This document shows, one piece after another, positions 37,803 to 46,523 of a stretch of DNA of 64,000 nucleotides. This DNA comes from Actinomycetota bacterium (lineage in GTDB: Bacteria > Actinomycetota > Acidimicrobiia > Acidimicrobiales > Ilumatobacteraceae), in assembly GCA_037129095.1 (NCBI GenBank), contig JBAXVL010000001.1, positions 53,437 to 117,436 of the forward strand. Reading direction: 5' to 3'. Both the position numbers and the translations under genes were made by a program. Below the pieces are notes generated by a model, which was not told where the DNA came from, made no database searches, and worked only from the letters and a program-made list of their open reading frames with translations. The number at the start of each line of letters is the position of its first letter. Positions within the stretch are counted from its first letter, which is position 1.

Positions 37803-38087
37803 ATGACAATCAGCGAAGCACAACGGTTCGACATGCAGGTCGGCCTGCGATCACATCTAGGAGACGACGTGGCAAACATACTCATGGAACACCTGCCACC
37901 CTCAGGCTGGTCAGACGTTGCCCGCAAACAAGACTTTGAGCCGATCAATTACCGAATTGGCAATATCGAAAAAGAACTGACTCGCATCAATGGCACCTTG
38001 AAAGTCATCATCGGTGGCGTACTAACGGTGTCAGCCGCAATCATCGTCTTATTGATTCAACTGAACCAGAACATTTCGCACTTGTAG
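37803..38087 (+). CDS. hypothetical tail-anchored membrane protein
   Basis: 94 aa with a soluble N-terminal part, a short coiled segment (IGNIEKELTRINGTL) and a C-terminal TM helix (VIIGGVLTVSAAIIVLLI). Its last 12 codons lie within repeat copy 2. Confidence 0.5.
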   Translation: MTISEAQRFDMQVGLRSHLGDDVANILMEHLPPSGWSDVARKQDFEPINYRIGNIEKELTRINGTLKVIIGGVLTVSAAIIVLLIQLNQNISHL

Positions 38088-38089
38088 TT
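38053..38089 (+). repeat. 37-bp direct repeat, copy 2
   Basis: tgattcaactgaaccagaacatTtcgcacttgtaGtt. It encodes LIQLNQNISHL* of the 37803..38087 ORF. Confidence 0.9.
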
Positions 38090-38100
38090 GAAACTATGTC

Positions 38101-38799
38101 CTAGTCGAAACCAACAAATGATGCCATTGCATCATTTGGTGCGCGGCGTGAACGCACGTCGTTTGCTACGAATTCTTCATCAGGAAAACCCATCGCTACA
38201 CAGGTCATAATGACTTGATCTTCAGGAATGTTGGCATGTTCGCGAACAACCTGCGACTGCATAATGCCCTGACCGTTGATGACGGATCCAAGACCTTTTG
38301 ACCAGGCTGCAAGAACAAGACCATAGGTTGCAGCACCGCAATCGAAGTGAGCGATGGTGTCATTCTCGAGGGCTTTGTCAAGCGTGATCACGATTGAGAC
38401 TGGTGCATCAAATTGGCGGAAGCCGCGCATCACCCAATCTTGACGGCGAGCTTTATCATCACGCTCGATTCCCATTGCTTCGAAAAGTTGAATTGCAATC
38501 TCGACCTGCCGATCACGATGTGGACCTTCATAGCCATGGTTCATTTTGATCTCACGGTCAACTTTAGAACCAGACATCATGCGCTCGGTATTGCCTTTGC
38601 GAATGTGTTCAAGAGGTTCCCCCGTCACAACGTGATAATGCCATGGTTGCGTGTTCATTGAAGATGGTGCGCGCTTGGCGAGTTCAATGACTTCTTCAAG
38701 AAGAGCGCGCGGTACTGGTTGCTTTTTGTATCCACGGATACTGCGGCGCTCATGCACCACAGTTTCGAAATCTATTGGGGAGTTCTGATTATCAGCCAT
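38101..38799 (-). CDS. nitroreductase family protein (NAD(P)H-flavin oxidoreductase type)
   Basis: The ATG at 38799 (MADNQNSP) is used. The motif HERRSIRGYK..PVPRALLEEVIELAKRAPSSMNTQPWHYHVV is a typical nitroreductase N-terminus. Confidence 0.85.
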   Translation of the reverse strand: MADNQNSPIDFETVVHERRSIRGYKKQPVPRALLEEVIELAKRAPSSMNTQPWHYHVVTGEPLEHIRKGNTERMMSGSKVDREIKMNHGYEGPHRDRQVEIAIQLFEAMGIERDDKARRQDWVMRGFRQFDAPVSIVITLDKALENDTIAHFDCGAATYGLVLAAWSKGLGSVINGQGIMQSQVVREHANIPEDQVIMTCVAMGFPDEEFVANDVRSRRAPNDAMASFVGFD

Positions 38800-38930
38800 G
38801 AGTATTCCTTTTCTCACACGAAACGCTAGAGCGTTCGGCGCTGCCCTGCGTCATTGAGCCATAATCCAATGCATTATTTTGGGCCTGTGGATGCCCCCGC
38901 CCGACAAGATGTGGCAGGTACTCTTTTCCT

Positions 38931-41327
38931 GTGATTACAGAGAACGGCCTGACTTCTGCAGAAGTGGCCACAAGAGTCTCGCAGGGTCTCGCCAACAACG
39001 TCGACGAAGCCAGTTCCCGCTCTCTGCGCGACATCTTGACCTCCAATATTTTCACCAAGTTCAATGCCATTCTCGGGGTGCTCTTTGTCGTAGTGATGAT
39101 CGCCGGGTCTATTGCCGACGCCCTCTTCGGTCTCATCTTGGTGACAAATTCACTCATTGGAATTGTCCAGGAATTATTGGCCAAAAAGAAACTTGATTCC
39201 TTATCTCTGATGCACTCTCCTACCACTCGTGTCATTAGAGATGGTGTGCCAGTCTCTATTCCTACTCAGGACGTTGTTCAAGACGACCTCATTGAACTGC
39301 GTTCAGGTGATCAAGTACCTGCCGATGGCAATGTGCTGGAAAGTCACCAGCTTGAAATCAACGAGGCGAACCTCACGGGCGAAATCGATGCCGTGCCAAA
39401 ATCGGCCGGTGACCCATTGATGTCAGGAACCATCGTGACTGCCGGTCGTGGTTTTTATACCGCCGCATCAGTTGGCGCAGAGGCGTATGCGCACCGCATA
39501 GCTGCCGAAGCCAAAATTTTTCAACGCACCGGGTCAGAAATTCGCCGGTCAATAGACAAGCTACTGGTCTACATCATGTGGGCGATCGCCATTGCTACAC
39601 CACTACAACTGTGGTCACAATTTCATGTCAATAGTTCTGGCAGTTGGCGCGATGCAACCATCCGTGCAACTGCAGGTCTTATTGGTTTAGTACCTGAGGG
39701 TCTCGTATTGCTCACAACGCTTGCATTTCTTACTGCAGCCGTACAACTCACTCGTCAACAAGTGTTGGTGCAGGAACTTCCCGCAGTTGAGGGTCTCGCG
39801 CGAGTCAGTGTTATTTGTCTTGACAAAACGGGCACCTTGACAACGGGAAAGATTTTGTTCGAGCGACTAGAAGTTCTCGACACGACTAGTGAAGAAGAAG
39901 TACGAAATGCGCTCGGCATCATTGCTGCTGACCCAACTGCCAACGGAACACTCGCAACCATCGCCGATTCGGTTCCACAAAAAGCCAACTGGGTCACCGT
40001 TGCATCGATTCCTTTTGATTCATCTCGCAAATGGCAAGCGGTGCAATTCGAGTCACATGGAACATGGGTACTCGGAGCGCCAGATGTATTACTCGCATCT
40101 GATCATCCAGTATCTGCAAGTATCCGCACACTTGCTGAGACCGGACGTCGAGTACTACTACTGAGTCGCTCGTCATCTCCGTTGACTAATCAATCGCTAC
40201 CTTCGGATTTAACACCAGTAGCATTTGCAGTGTTACAAGAAGAGATTCGTGCTGATGCAGCGGAAACACTTTCCTACTTTGCTGCCCAAGGTGTCACGGT
40301 GAAGATCATTTCTGGTGATAACCCCGTCACAGTGGCCGCAATTGCGCGCACTATCGGTATTGACGTTGGTGAACCTCTCGATGCACGCACTGTTGGTGCC
40401 GAGGCAGAAGAGTTACAAGAAACAGTTACTCATTACAGTGTGTTTGGGCGAGTGTCTCCCGAGCAGAAGCGGGCATTTGTGCGGGCGTTGCAGATGCGTG
40501 GTGATGTGGTGGCAATGACCGGCGATGGAGTCAATGACGCCTTGGCGTTAAAGCAAGCCGATATTGGCATTGCAATGGATAACGGTGCATCGGCAACAAA
40601 GGCAGTTGCGCAATTGATTTTGCTTGATGGCCAGTTCTCACATTTACCATCTGTGGTTGCAGAAGGACGCCGAGTCATCGGCAACGTTGAACGTGTGTCG
40701 AATTTATTTGTAGCCAAGAACGTAATGAGTTTTGTTGCCATCTTGAGTGCAGCTCTTATTGGTCGCCCATTCCCACTGCTGCCACGTCACCTCACGTTGC
40801 TCTCTAGCATCACCATTGGAATCCCCGCATTTATTTTGGCACTTGGGCCAAACCTTCAGAGATACCAACCTGGTTTTCTACGTCGCGTTCTTGCGTTCGC
40901 TGTACCTGCCGGTGCAGTTGCCGGTATCACTGTTGTTGTTGCGGATTATGTTGCAAATATTTCCTGGGGTGTTTCGGCCGGCACCCAGTGCAGTGTTGTG
41001 ACAGCTTCAAATAGTGCGATCACTACTGAGTGCTGGCGCGTCGGTTCCGGGGCAACACTGGCCGTTCTCATTGTGTTCTTCTGGATTCTGGTTCTACTAG
41101 CGCGACCATTGCGTGCATGGAAACTTGCACTTGTGTCAGCCATGGGTGGCATCGGAGTCTTTGCCTTTACGGTGCCGTTTGCACGGGAATTCTTTAACTT
41201 TAATTTGCCAACTGGATTAATGATTGAGTCAGGTCTCATAGGTCTTGCAGGCATCGCCTTGATTGAACTTTCACGTCGAGTAGTAGCGACAAAATTGCTA
41301 ATTCATAAAGTTGATTCGTTGGGCTAG
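38931..41327 (+). CDS. cation-translocating P-type ATPase (CtpE-like, about 800 aa class)
   Basis: GTG start. Motifs are GLTSAEVATRVSQGLAN, NLTGE, ICLDKTGTLT and MTGDGVNDALALKQADIGIAM, followed by C-terminal TM helices. Confidence 0.92.
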   Translation: MITENGLTSAEVATRVSQGLANNVDEASSRSLRDILTSNIFTKFNAILGVLFVVVMIAGSIADALFGLILVTNSLIGIVQELLAKKKLDSLSLMHSPTTRVIRDGVPVSIPTQDVVQDDLIELRSGDQVPADGNVLESHQLEINEANLTGEIDAVPKSAGDPLMSGTIVTAGRGFYTAASVGAEAYAHRIAAEAKIFQRTGSEIRRSIDKLLVYIMWAIAIATPLQLWSQFHVNSSGSWRDATIRATAGLIGLVPEGLVLLTTLAFLTAAVQLTRQQVLVQELPAVEGLARVSVICLDKTGTLTTGKILFERLEVLDTTSEEEVRNALGIIAADPTANGTLATIADSVPQKANWVTVASIPFDSSRKWQAVQFESHGTWVLGAPDVLLASDHPVSASIRTLAETGRRVLLLSRSSSPLTNQSLPSDLTPVAFAVLQEEIRADAAETLSYFAAQGVTVKIISGDNPVTVAAIARTIGIDVGEPLDARTVGAEAEELQETVTHYSVFGRVSPEQKRAFVRALQMRGDVVAMTGDGVNDALALKQADIGIAMDNGASATKAVAQLILLDGQFSHLPSVVAEGRRVIGNVERVSNLFVAKNVMSFVAILSAALIGRPFPLLPRHLTLLSSITIGIPAFILALGPNLQRYQPGFLRRVLAFAVPAGAVAGITVVVADYVANISWGVSAGTQCSVVTASNSAITTECWRVGSGATLAVLIVFFWILVLLARPLRAWKLALVSAMGGIGVFAFTVPFAREFFNFNLPTGLMIESGLIGLAGIALIELSRRVVATKLLIHKVDSLG

Positions 41328-43031
41328 AAACATCCACCCATGGACAATCTGAGAATCAGATTTTCGTTGCATCGAGAGGTCTTGCTCTGCAACTACTCGG
41401 TACTTGCCCACCAATTGAGGGTCTAGTTTTCCTAGACCAAAGACAAGGTCAGGCATTACCGGAGCACACTTTCCCGCATGCTGAAACCAGTAGTCATAGG
41501 TCACTGGCATTCCGAAGCGCTCATGTTTCTTTATTGAACAATGAGAAAAATCTGTAGTTGTCAAAGAAAACATGTCTGTGAAATGCAATCGACCGGGAAA
41601 CCAATCAAACAAATAAAATGGGATCATTCCTGCTTGATAACTAGCAAGTGTAATTTTTCTATTCTTGTCAGATTCCTGTGCCACTAATTTGGCAATAATT
41701 GGTCTCATTCGGTTCAAAAATTCTGTATCTCGTAGATGGGACGAATTACGTCGTACGTACCAAGGAACAGACTTGGATATCGGAAACGGGATGGATTTAC
41801 CGTTTACGTTCTCTGTGATTTTCCACGTGTACATCAAGGGAGCATCAGTCGCGAGATGTTCCGTAAAGTACGTCGGCTCAACAGCGACTAAGCGAAGGGC
41901 AATCATTTGAGAAGATAGGGCAGCAACGGTGATGACCGGCAGAAGCAGTCGCCCAATTCCGACCGCTGAGATCCTTTTCATGACCTCGGATAGATAGACG
42001 AGCCCGATGCCTGCCATGACAAGCAGAACCGTCATCGACGGGATAAGCATGCGACCCATGCCCATCCAGTCACCGCCCGAAAGTACAACTAAACCAACTG
42101 ATACAACACCTGCAAAAGTCACCAGCCAAGCCAATAGCGACCTGATACTCAGCATGAGAAATATTCCACCAATTGATACACAAACAAATGGAATCCATAA
42201 CCAACCCGGATTCATATTTTTAAAGACATAACTGAGTCCAGGTTGCAACGTGAGGTGAAGTCCCGTTTTGGCAGCTACTGGTTGTGGAATGAAATGTCTG
42301 AAGACAACAAAACGAAACCCTTCCACTACGAAAATTCCAAGACCAACTGGAATAGCCGCAGAACAAGCCCGTTGAAAATTTACTATTGGCACGATTGCTG
42401 ATACATATTTCACTGAACTACATATGCCGAGTAAAACAAGAAGAACAACAACTCCGACACTGACAAGAAGTGCGTCAGGTCGAATTCCCGCAAGTAACAA
42501 AGAAACAAAAAACAATAGGACAATGTCATGTCTTTTAATTCTGATAGCACGGACAAATTCAGTAACTGCCATCAGGAATAACAGCAAGAAGAACGGAACT
42601 AGCAAGGTTTCTAATCCCGATGTTGACCAATAGAGAAGTGGAAAAGAAGTTCCGACTAGTAATGCCGTTACTAAACCCGATCCCTTAAACAGGCGATCTG
42701 CAACGACACCGGCCACGGTGACAGTCGCAATCAGACCGGCAATGCCCAAAAAATAAGAAAGAACAGGAACCGGAAGTCGGGTCAAAAATCGAAGTGCTCC
42801 CAGTATGAGCACATGCAGCAGGCTTGTTGACTGCTCAATTGAGTCACCATTAAAATTACTTAGGCTTCCGCTACGAGAAATATTTAGTGCAACCCAGCCA
42901 GTGATGTATGAATCATCAACTCCGCCGACACCTACAACAACAAAAGCTACAATCGAGGAAAAGATTCCGATGACCGAATACTTCCACCACAGAAATTTCC
43001 TCTCAAGAAGTGGTGTCGCAGCGGTTGTCAC
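41298..43031 (-). CDS. 12-TM membrane protein with C-terminal soluble domain; GT-C-type glycosyltransferase-like (tentative)
   Basis: 577 aa. About 12 hydrophobic helices span the first 390 aa, with an Asp-Asp pair right after TM1 (GGVDDSYITGW) as in GT-C enzymes, then about 190 aa of soluble tail. It is AT-richer than its surroundings. Its 3' end overlaps the convergent ATPase gene by 30 nt. Confidence 0.55.
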   Translation of the reverse strand: MTTAATPLLERKFLWWKYSVIGIFSSIVAFVVVGVGGVDDSYITGWVALNISRSGSLSNFNGDSIEQSTSLLHVLILGALRFLTRLPVPVLSYFLGIAGLIATVTVAGVVADRLFKGSGLVTALLVGTSFPLLYWSTSGLETLLVPFFLLLFLMAVTEFVRAIRIKRHDIVLLFFVSLLLAGIRPDALLVSVGVVVLLVLLGICSSVKYVSAIVPIVNFQRACSAAIPVGLGIFVVEGFRFVVFRHFIPQPVAAKTGLHLTLQPGLSYVFKNMNPGWLWIPFVCVSIGGIFLMLSIRSLLAWLVTFAGVVSVGLVVLSGGDWMGMGRMLIPSMTVLLVMAGIGLVYLSEVMKRISAVGIGRLLLPVITVAALSSQMIALRLVAVEPTYFTEHLATDAPLMYTWKITENVNGKSIPFPISKSVPWYVRRNSSHLRDTEFLNRMRPIIAKLVAQESDKNRKITLASYQAGMIPFYLFDWFPGRLHFTDMFSLTTTDFSHCSIKKHERFGMPVTYDYWFQHAGKCAPVMPDLVFGLGKLDPQLVGKYRVVAEQDLSMQRKSDSQIVHGWMFLAQRINFMN

Positions 43032-43099
43032 TTCGCCATAGTAAGTGACATGCCCCGCAGATTATCCTCGGGCTTATCAAGGTTGGTTGGTATACCTAA

Positions 43100-43630
43100 C
43101 TATGCAAGCTCTTTACGTGAATCATTAATCACTGCTGTACACAGATTTTCGACATGCTCAATGTCAATACCCAATTTGTGACCAAGATGAACCAACCAAA
43201 TGAGTGACTGAAGGTTTGATTCAAAGTCGACTTGTGAGCGCACATCAGAACGCGCTGCTTGACGATTCTGGCTCACCATGACAAAGGTTGAGAGGAAGAT
43301 TGCTTCCAGACTCACAATCATTGTTAACAATCCGAAAGGGAATTTGTCGAATTTCATTCCGGCGCCAACAAGGCCCACATTGAGAGAAATCCAAATAATG
43401 AACCACACACCGTGTAAGTACACGAAATTCAGTGAGCCGGCAAACTTCGTTACTTTGTCAGCGGCACGATCTTGAAATTCGCGCGCATGTTGCCAACGTG
43501 ATCTTTCACTTGACACTTTCCAATGGTCAATGTTGAAAACTCTGCCGTCTTCCTTGCCGTCAAACTTGTCGATGAGTCGACAAGCATCACAAGTAAGTGG
43601 TGAATGATTGGTGTTGTCGGTGTGTGTCAT
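43100..43630 (-). CDS. DUF1003 domain membrane protein
   Basis: DKVTKFAGSLNFVYLHGVWFIIWISLN ... FDKFPFGLLTMIVSLEAIFLSTFVMVSQNRQAARSDVRSQVDFESNL is the DUF1003 core. Confidence 0.85.
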   Translation of the reverse strand: MTHTDNTNHSPLTCDACRLIDKFDGKEDGRVFNIDHWKVSSERSRWQHAREFQDRAADKVTKFAGSLNFVYLHGVWFIIWISLNVGLVGAGMKFDKFPFGLLTMIVSLEAIFLSTFVMVSQNRQAARSDVRSQVDFESNLQSLIWLVHLGHKLGIDIEHVENLCTAVINDSRKELA

Positions 43631-43756
43631 CTTGTGATGGTAGCCGATTCCGGGAGACAGCGTTTGCCGTAATGAAACTAACTTAAATCATAAGAAAGTG
43701 GATGAATTCGTACGTCAGTCAATTCAATAGATACTGATTTTGCTTAGACTCAAGTC

Positions 43757-45184
43757 ATGCGCCGAATTTCTCTCTTCTCACTCATTGGTCTATTAACAGT
43801 TTCGTTTGTCTTCAGTTCTAACTCTCCCGTCAAAGCAGCCACCAAGACGGTGTACATCTTCAATACCGCACTTACGAACAACAAGGGTTTGGGTTTCTGT
43901 TCAACAGATAACTCCAAGGGCTGTATTGATTCGATATTTGTCGATGGTGTTGAGCTCACCCAGGTAGCAACACAAATGACTGCTGACTACACATTTGCTG
44001 GCGGTCTGTACGCCACTCCATGTCGATTCCTTGAAACCACTGCTACATCTTGCGAAGCGCCTTATATGGTGGTGTATCCAAAAGGCGGAAACAGTGCCAC
44101 CCCAACTGGTTCGCAAGTATTAGGCGAAGTCACTATTAACTTCCGCCGTCAACCAGGCGACGATCCAACAGCTCGCGTTGGCACAGTTATCTCAAACGGT
44201 GTAATCCAATCGTTTACTCCTGCGGCTCCTGGTGTGCGAGATGTTGCGACCATTGTTGTCAAACCTGCTCTCACACAAAATTACGGAGTCAACGCCAGCA
44301 GTTGTTCAGGTTGGTCACCTGCAATTGAGAAGTGCGACATCGGCGAGAAAGCTACATATGCAACGGCTAACAGACTGGTTGCGTTATTGCTCCCCGGTTT
44401 TCGTAACTCACTAGTTCCTCCCGATGAATTACTTGACGGATGCGTAGTAGACACGGCGAATAACTGCATCACCAATGTATTTGACCCGTCAAGCCTGGGT
44501 GGGTGGATGGACACCGACGCGTCCATTTTTGGACTTTCTTCCACAGATCGCCTCACAGGTGCTGCACAATTGAAAATTGCTGGGCCTCACTATCAAGCTG
44601 ACCAAATCGAAACTATTCGGACTCAAAATACTTGTCCATGGATAGCAAGTATTTGTGCTGGTTCACCACCAAATCAAGACTGGGGTTTCACCGTGAGTAC
44701 GGTAGTTAAAAATGCTACGCCAATTTTGAATCTCTCAGTCTTCCGCGCATTTTTTCCGTCAGGGTACTTAATGAATTCATTTGGTCTCACCCCACCCCAA
44801 GTGAATGCCAATACTCTTCCTGTGCGACGCACAACAACCACCGACTCAACAAGTCCTGAGACGACCTACACACCAGTTGAAGGTGGCATACAAATAAATA
44901 CAACGGGAATTGGTTTTTCCGTTCCTATCATCTCGATGTCACGCGTACTCACAGTAAGAAAGGGAGCCAAAATTTCTGCTACCGCACTGATCAAGGCTGC
45001 TGGGCTCATACAAGCGAAGAGATTTGGGACAGTCACGATAGGCACCAGCAAGAAAAAAGGCATTACAAAGGTGGATAATTCTTATCGATTTGTGATGAAA
45101 AAAACAGTAACACTGTCATTTAAATACAAGTCAAAGGCAAAGTCACCGGCTACGACTCGCACATTGCAAGTCTTCGTGAAATAA
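43757..45184 (+). CDS. orphan secreted Cys-rich protein
   Basis: The signal peptide is MRRISLFSLIGLLTVSFVFSSNSPVKA-AT. The protein is 475 aa, has about 14 Cys residues and Thr/Ser-rich segments. I see no anchor motif and recognise no family. Confidence 0.65.
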   Translation: MRRISLFSLIGLLTVSFVFSSNSPVKAATKTVYIFNTALTNNKGLGFCSTDNSKGCIDSIFVDGVELTQVATQMTADYTFAGGLYATPCRFLETTATSCEAPYMVVYPKGGNSATPTGSQVLGEVTINFRRQPGDDPTARVGTVISNGVIQSFTPAAPGVRDVATIVVKPALTQNYGVNASSCSGWSPAIEKCDIGEKATYATANRLVALLLPGFRNSLVPPDELLDGCVVDTANNCITNVFDPSSLGGWMDTDASIFGLSSTDRLTGAAQLKIAGPHYQADQIETIRTQNTCPWIASICAGSPPNQDWGFTVSTVVKNATPILNLSVFRAFFPSGYLMNSFGLTPPQVNANTLPVRRTTTTDSTSPETTYTPVEGGIQINTTGIGFSVPIISMSRVLTVRKGAKISATALIKAAGLIQAKRFGTVTIGTSKKKGITKVDNSYRFVMKKTVTLSFKYKSKAKSPATTRTLQVFVK

Positions 45185-45213
45185 CTTTTGTTGCCCAGCA
45201 CCGCTGGGGAAAA

Positions 45214-46467
45214 TCAGCCGTGGCCGGGAATGTTCTTCCATGGACCACCGTCAGAGCGTGGCTCTTTCGGAAGACCGAGTACTTGCTCGCCAACAATTCC
45301 GCGCTGTACCTGGCTGGTGCCTGCGTAAATGGTTCCGGCACGTGCGTTCAAGAACACGCCAACCCAGTTCGCACTGTCGTTTGGTGAACCCACTGAGTCA
45401 GTGGTGAAAGCCGTATGGGGTGTTTGACCAACTGGTACCAATGCATCAGCACCAAGAATGTCAACAGCAAGTTCTGTTGCTTCCTTGTGGTATTCACTCC
45501 ACCACAATTTGCCAATTGATGCTTCAGGTCCAGGCTGGTTGCCATTGAGGAATGCAGTAAGGGCGCGGTATCCGAGGAAACGCATGATCTCAACTTTGAT
45601 ATGAGCCTGAGCAAGACGCTGGCGAATATGAGGGTTTTTTGTTAGTCCCTTATCTGTTGCCAAACGAGTGAGCTTGTCGAGTTCGCCACGGAATGAAATA
45701 CCAGAAACGACCGCACCAGCTCCACGCTCGTTACCAAGAAGCGTCATAGCGACCATCCAGCCGCCATTGATTTCACCAACAACGTTTTCTTTCGGACAAC
45801 GTGCATCGGTAAAGAACACTTCGTTGAATTCAGAATCACCTGACATCATCTTGATGGGTCGTACTTCCACACCTTTTTGACGCATGTCAACAAGAAGGAA
45901 CGTAATACCGCGATGCTTCACATCATCTGGTGATGTACGAGCAAGAACGAAAATATGGTTTGCAAGGTGACCAGCTGATGTCCAAATCTTTTGACCGTTG
46001 ATCACCCACTCATCGCCGTCAAGAACTGCGCGACATCCCAAGTTTCCAAGGTCAGAACCGGCCGATGGTTCGCTGTAACCCTGACACCAACGATCTTCAC
46101 CTGAAAGAACGCGAGGAAGGAAATGCTTCTTCTGCTCTTCGGTACCGACAGCAAGGATGGTGTTACCCAACATGCCAATTCCGAAACCATCGTTTGGTCC
46201 GCCACCTGGTACGCCAGAGAGTGCAAATTCTTCTGCAATAACTAATGATTCGATAGCTGTGAGTCCAGCGCCGCCGTATTCCTTCGGCCACGTCGTGGCA
46301 AGAAAATCGTTCTTTGCTAACTTCTCGCGCCACTCTTCGGTCCACGCAGCTGCATCTTTGTGATTCAGAGCACCGATGCCCTTCCAATCTTTCGGAAGGT
46401 TGGCGTCAAGGAAGGCGCGCACCTTTGTGCGGTACGTGTCGGCTTGGGGTGGGTAAACAAAATCCAT
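45214..46467 (-). CDS. acyl-CoA dehydrogenase family protein
   Basis: WCQGYSEPSAGSDLGNLGCRAVLDGDEWVINGQKIWTSAG and the C-terminal YAGTSQVQRGIVGE. Confidence 0.9.
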   Translation of the reverse strand: MDFVYPPQADTYRTKVRAFLDANLPKDWKGIGALNHKDAAAWTEEWREKLAKNDFLATTWPKEYGGAGLTAIESLVIAEEFALSGVPGGGPNDGFGIGMLGNTILAVGTEEQKKHFLPRVLSGEDRWCQGYSEPSAGSDLGNLGCRAVLDGDEWVINGQKIWTSAGHLANHIFVLARTSPDDVKHRGITFLLVDMRQKGVEVRPIKMMSGDSEFNEVFFTDARCPKENVVGEINGGWMVAMTLLGNERGAGAVVSGISFRGELDKLTRLATDKGLTKNPHIRQRLAQAHIKVEIMRFLGYRALTAFLNGNQPGPEASIGKLWWSEYHKEATELAVDILGADALVPVGQTPHTAFTTDSVGSPNDSANWVGVFLNARAGTIYAGTSQVQRGIVGEQVLGLPKEPRSDGGPWKNIPGHG

Positions 46468-46523
46468 GTTCCTACCCTAGTAATGGCTGCACTCAGGCTC
46501 TGTACCCGAGCCACCAAAACGAT

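Noticed and set aside
38818-38930. Possible Mg/metal riboswitch upstream of the CtpE-like ATPase
   Set aside because: Only 113 nt are available, shared with the divergent nitroreductase promoter. That is too short for an M-box, and I could not trace any conserved riboswitch core.
45194-45208. CCCAGC-acc-GCTGGG hairpin between the convergent secreted-protein and ACAD genes
   Set aside because: A 6-bp stem with a 3-nt loop is too weak and sterically strained to call a terminator without transcript data.
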